This document shows, one piece after another, positions 62,724 through 64,000 of a stretch of DNA of 64,000 nucleotides (positions are counted from its first letter, which is position 1; each line of letters begins with the position of its first letter). Source of the DNA: Deltaproteobacteria bacterium (GTDB lineage Bacteria > Desulfobacterota > Syntrophobacteria > Syntrophobacterales > Syntrophobacteraceae). The notes beneath the pieces are model-generated. The model was not told the DNA's origin. It saw only the letters and a list, made by a program, of their open reading frames with translations, and did not search any database. The translations under genes were made by a program, and so were the position numbers. The stretch lies in NCBI GenBank assembly GCA_021813685.1, contig JAKAJS010000238.1, forward strand, positions 842 through 64,841, given 5' to 3'.

Positions 62724-63074
62724 ATGAAGGTATTTGCGAAAAAAATTGGTACGGCCCTTTCGGTCCTACTGCTTGCAGGTCTTTTTCTGGTCTCCGGAGC
62801 GTTTGCGCAGACCGGAGGAGCTGCAGGCGAACCGGGAAGCGCCGGGGCCGGAATCGGCACCAGCAACCAGGGAGTCGAAACCTCTCCCGGCACCGGCAAC
62901 TTCAGGAGCGGTAACGGTATGAACACCGAGCCCGGCAATACCAATCCGGGGTATCAAAGTAATCCGGGCGGCGGCATGAATACCCAACCCGGTAACATGA
63001 ACCCGAATGACCAAAGCGGGTCCATGGGCGAGAACCAACCCGCATCGCCCGGCAGTTCGGAGTCCGGCGAGTAA
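62724..63074 (+). CDS. Small secreted low-complexity Gly/Asn/Pro-rich protein
   Basis: ATG at 62724 follows AAAGGAGAAG. Signal peptide 'MKVFAKKIGTALSVLLLAGLFLVSGAFA'. Internal repeat 'GMNTEPGNTNPG / GMNTQPGNMNPN'. Confidence 0.6.
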   Translation: MKVFAKKIGTALSVLLLAGLFLVSGAFAQTGGAAGEPGSAGAGIGTSNQGVETSPGTGNFRSGNGMNTEPGNTNPGYQSNPGGGMNTQPGNMNPNDQSGSMGENQPASPGSSESGE

Positions 63075-63183
63075 CCGATCAGTTCGGCTCCAGCCGAACG
63101 ACTTAGCGAGGGGGAATGAGGGCTCAATCGCCAGGTCGGGATTCGGCCTCATTCCTCCCGGGACTCCGGTTTATTCGAAAAGG

Positions 63184-63633
63184 ATGATCACCATGTTGTT
63201 TCCGGCATCTTTATGGCGAGTTCCCGAGCATACCGACCCCGAAGTGCTCGAAGACATAGAAAAACAGACCAAGGAAAATATAGGCAAATACGCCTCACAG
63301 GACCTGGAGAGCATAGAGAAAAGAATCGATGAGCTCGACCGGGAGTGGGACGTCGAAAGGGTATTGGAGGCCAATGCGGCAACGCTTGCGTTGGCGGGGG
63401 CGCTCCTTGCCACAAGAAACAGAAAATGGCTTCTGCTGCCCGCAGCCGTCACGGTATTTTTACTCCAGCATGCGCTGCAGGGGTGGTGCCCGCCTCTTCC
63501 CGTCCTGCGAAGGCTGGGATTTCGCACGCGAGGCGAGATCGACGAAGAAAAATTTGCCTTCAAATCGATTGTGGAAACGATAGGCAAGTTTAAAGGCGAG
63601 AACTCGCGAGCCGGTGAGGAAGCACGTCACTGA
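63184..63633 (+). CDS. DUF2892 (YgaP C-terminal-like) membrane protein with N-terminal coiled/acidic extension
   Basis: ATG at 63184. 'ERVLEANAATLALAGALLATRNRKWLLLPAAVTVFLLQHALQGWCPPLPVLRRLG' matches the DUF2892 two-helix pattern with a conserved 'G.CP'. Confidence 0.6.
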   Translation: MITMLFPASLWRVPEHTDPEVLEDIEKQTKENIGKYASQDLESIEKRIDELDREWDVERVLEANAATLALAGALLATRNRKWLLLPAAVTVFLLQHALQGWCPPLPVLRRLGFRTRGEIDEEKFAFKSIVETIGKFKGENSRAGEEARH

Positions 63634-63651
63634 GCTTGCGTCGGGTTTTCC

Positions 63652-64000
63652 TCATCGATTGGCATCCCGCAGCATCGTGTAGAAGTTGAGGACTCTCTTG
63701 GTGTAGGAGTCGGTTGGCGGGGTGTCGTAACTGTCGGGGTTTCCCGTCATCCACCAGGATGCGGCGCGGCGTACGGCAATGGATTTGTTGCCGCAGATCG
63801 CAAACTGTTGGCGCAGGATTTTCCCCATGACGCAGGCAAGGATCTCGCGGGCCTGCCCGGGATCGGCTGCGAATTCTTCGGGGTCCATCGCCGTTCCCGT
63901 GCAGTTCTTCGACCAGCGGCGAATGTTTTGCGCCTTGATCTTCCAGTCGCTGTAGAGGCCGCTTTCGGGGTTTGCGCCGCGAGGGGCGGAAAGCCGCAAG
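63652..64000 (-). CDS. Hypothetical protein, 3' part only (ORF runs off the right edge of the window)
   Basis: The open frame extends to the window end. It has coding-like composition and no family recognised. Confidence 0.4.
   Translation of the reverse strand, partial: LRLSAPRGANPESGLYSDWKIKAQNIRRWSKNCTGTAMDPEEFAADPGQAREILACVMGKILRQQFAICGNKSIAVRRAASWWMTGNPDSYDTPPTDSYTKRVLNFYTMLRDANR

Overview
GC-rich 64-kb chromosomal segment with about 55 credible protein genes. Gene content (PEP-CTERM protein, B12-radical SAM enzyme, THF-type histidine catabolism, multi-kinase sensors) suggests an anaerobic Desulfobacterota/deltaproteobacterium-like organism; that taxonomy is inference only. All family calls come from motifs read in the supplied translations. 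No searches or alignments were run.

Left to right:
- PAS histidine kinase.
- Two unclassifiable ORFs, then a 15-repeat CRISPR array (37-nt repeat). No cas gene is visible anywhere in the window.
- Decayed SDR pseudogene, PilZ protein, CsaA-like tRNA-binding protein, PEP-CTERM GDSL lipase.
- livKHMGF-type ABC transporter, HtrA protease, RpoD-like sigma factor.
- Two type II toxin-antitoxin pairs.
- Histidine-utilisation cluster: hutH divergent from hutU-ftcD-hutI.
- Sulfotransferase, flippase-like protein and B12-radical SAM trio.
- CusR-like response regulator followed by a gene graveyard (efflux adaptor and ECF sigma remnants).
- Co-directional run of anion transporters (2x TauE/SafE, ClC) and a CusS-like kinase, each followed by one of three paralogous cytidylate-kinase-like proteins.
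- SDR, ChrA, and a lexA operon led by an unknown gene.
- MCP fragment, CoA-disulfide-reductase/rhodanese fusion, LysR/OsmC pair.
- Polysaccharide-gene remnants flanking a lower-GC module: a 1838-aa pseudokinase/STAND/GAF/PAS/histidine-kinase protein plus a receiver-histidine kinase.
- dnaJ plus a second J-protein, a PQQ-type propeller, and small secreted/membrane proteins.

No rRNA or tRNA genes and no intact transposase or integrase were recognised.

Most interesting leads:
1. The cas-less CRISPR array and its two unknown neighbours.
2. The repeated pairing of transporters or a sensor with a cytidylate-kinase-like protein.
3. The unknown gene co-transcribed with lexA.
4. The catalytically degenerate Ser/Thr-kinase domain in the giant sensor.
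5. A three-copy GC-rich double-hairpin repeat.
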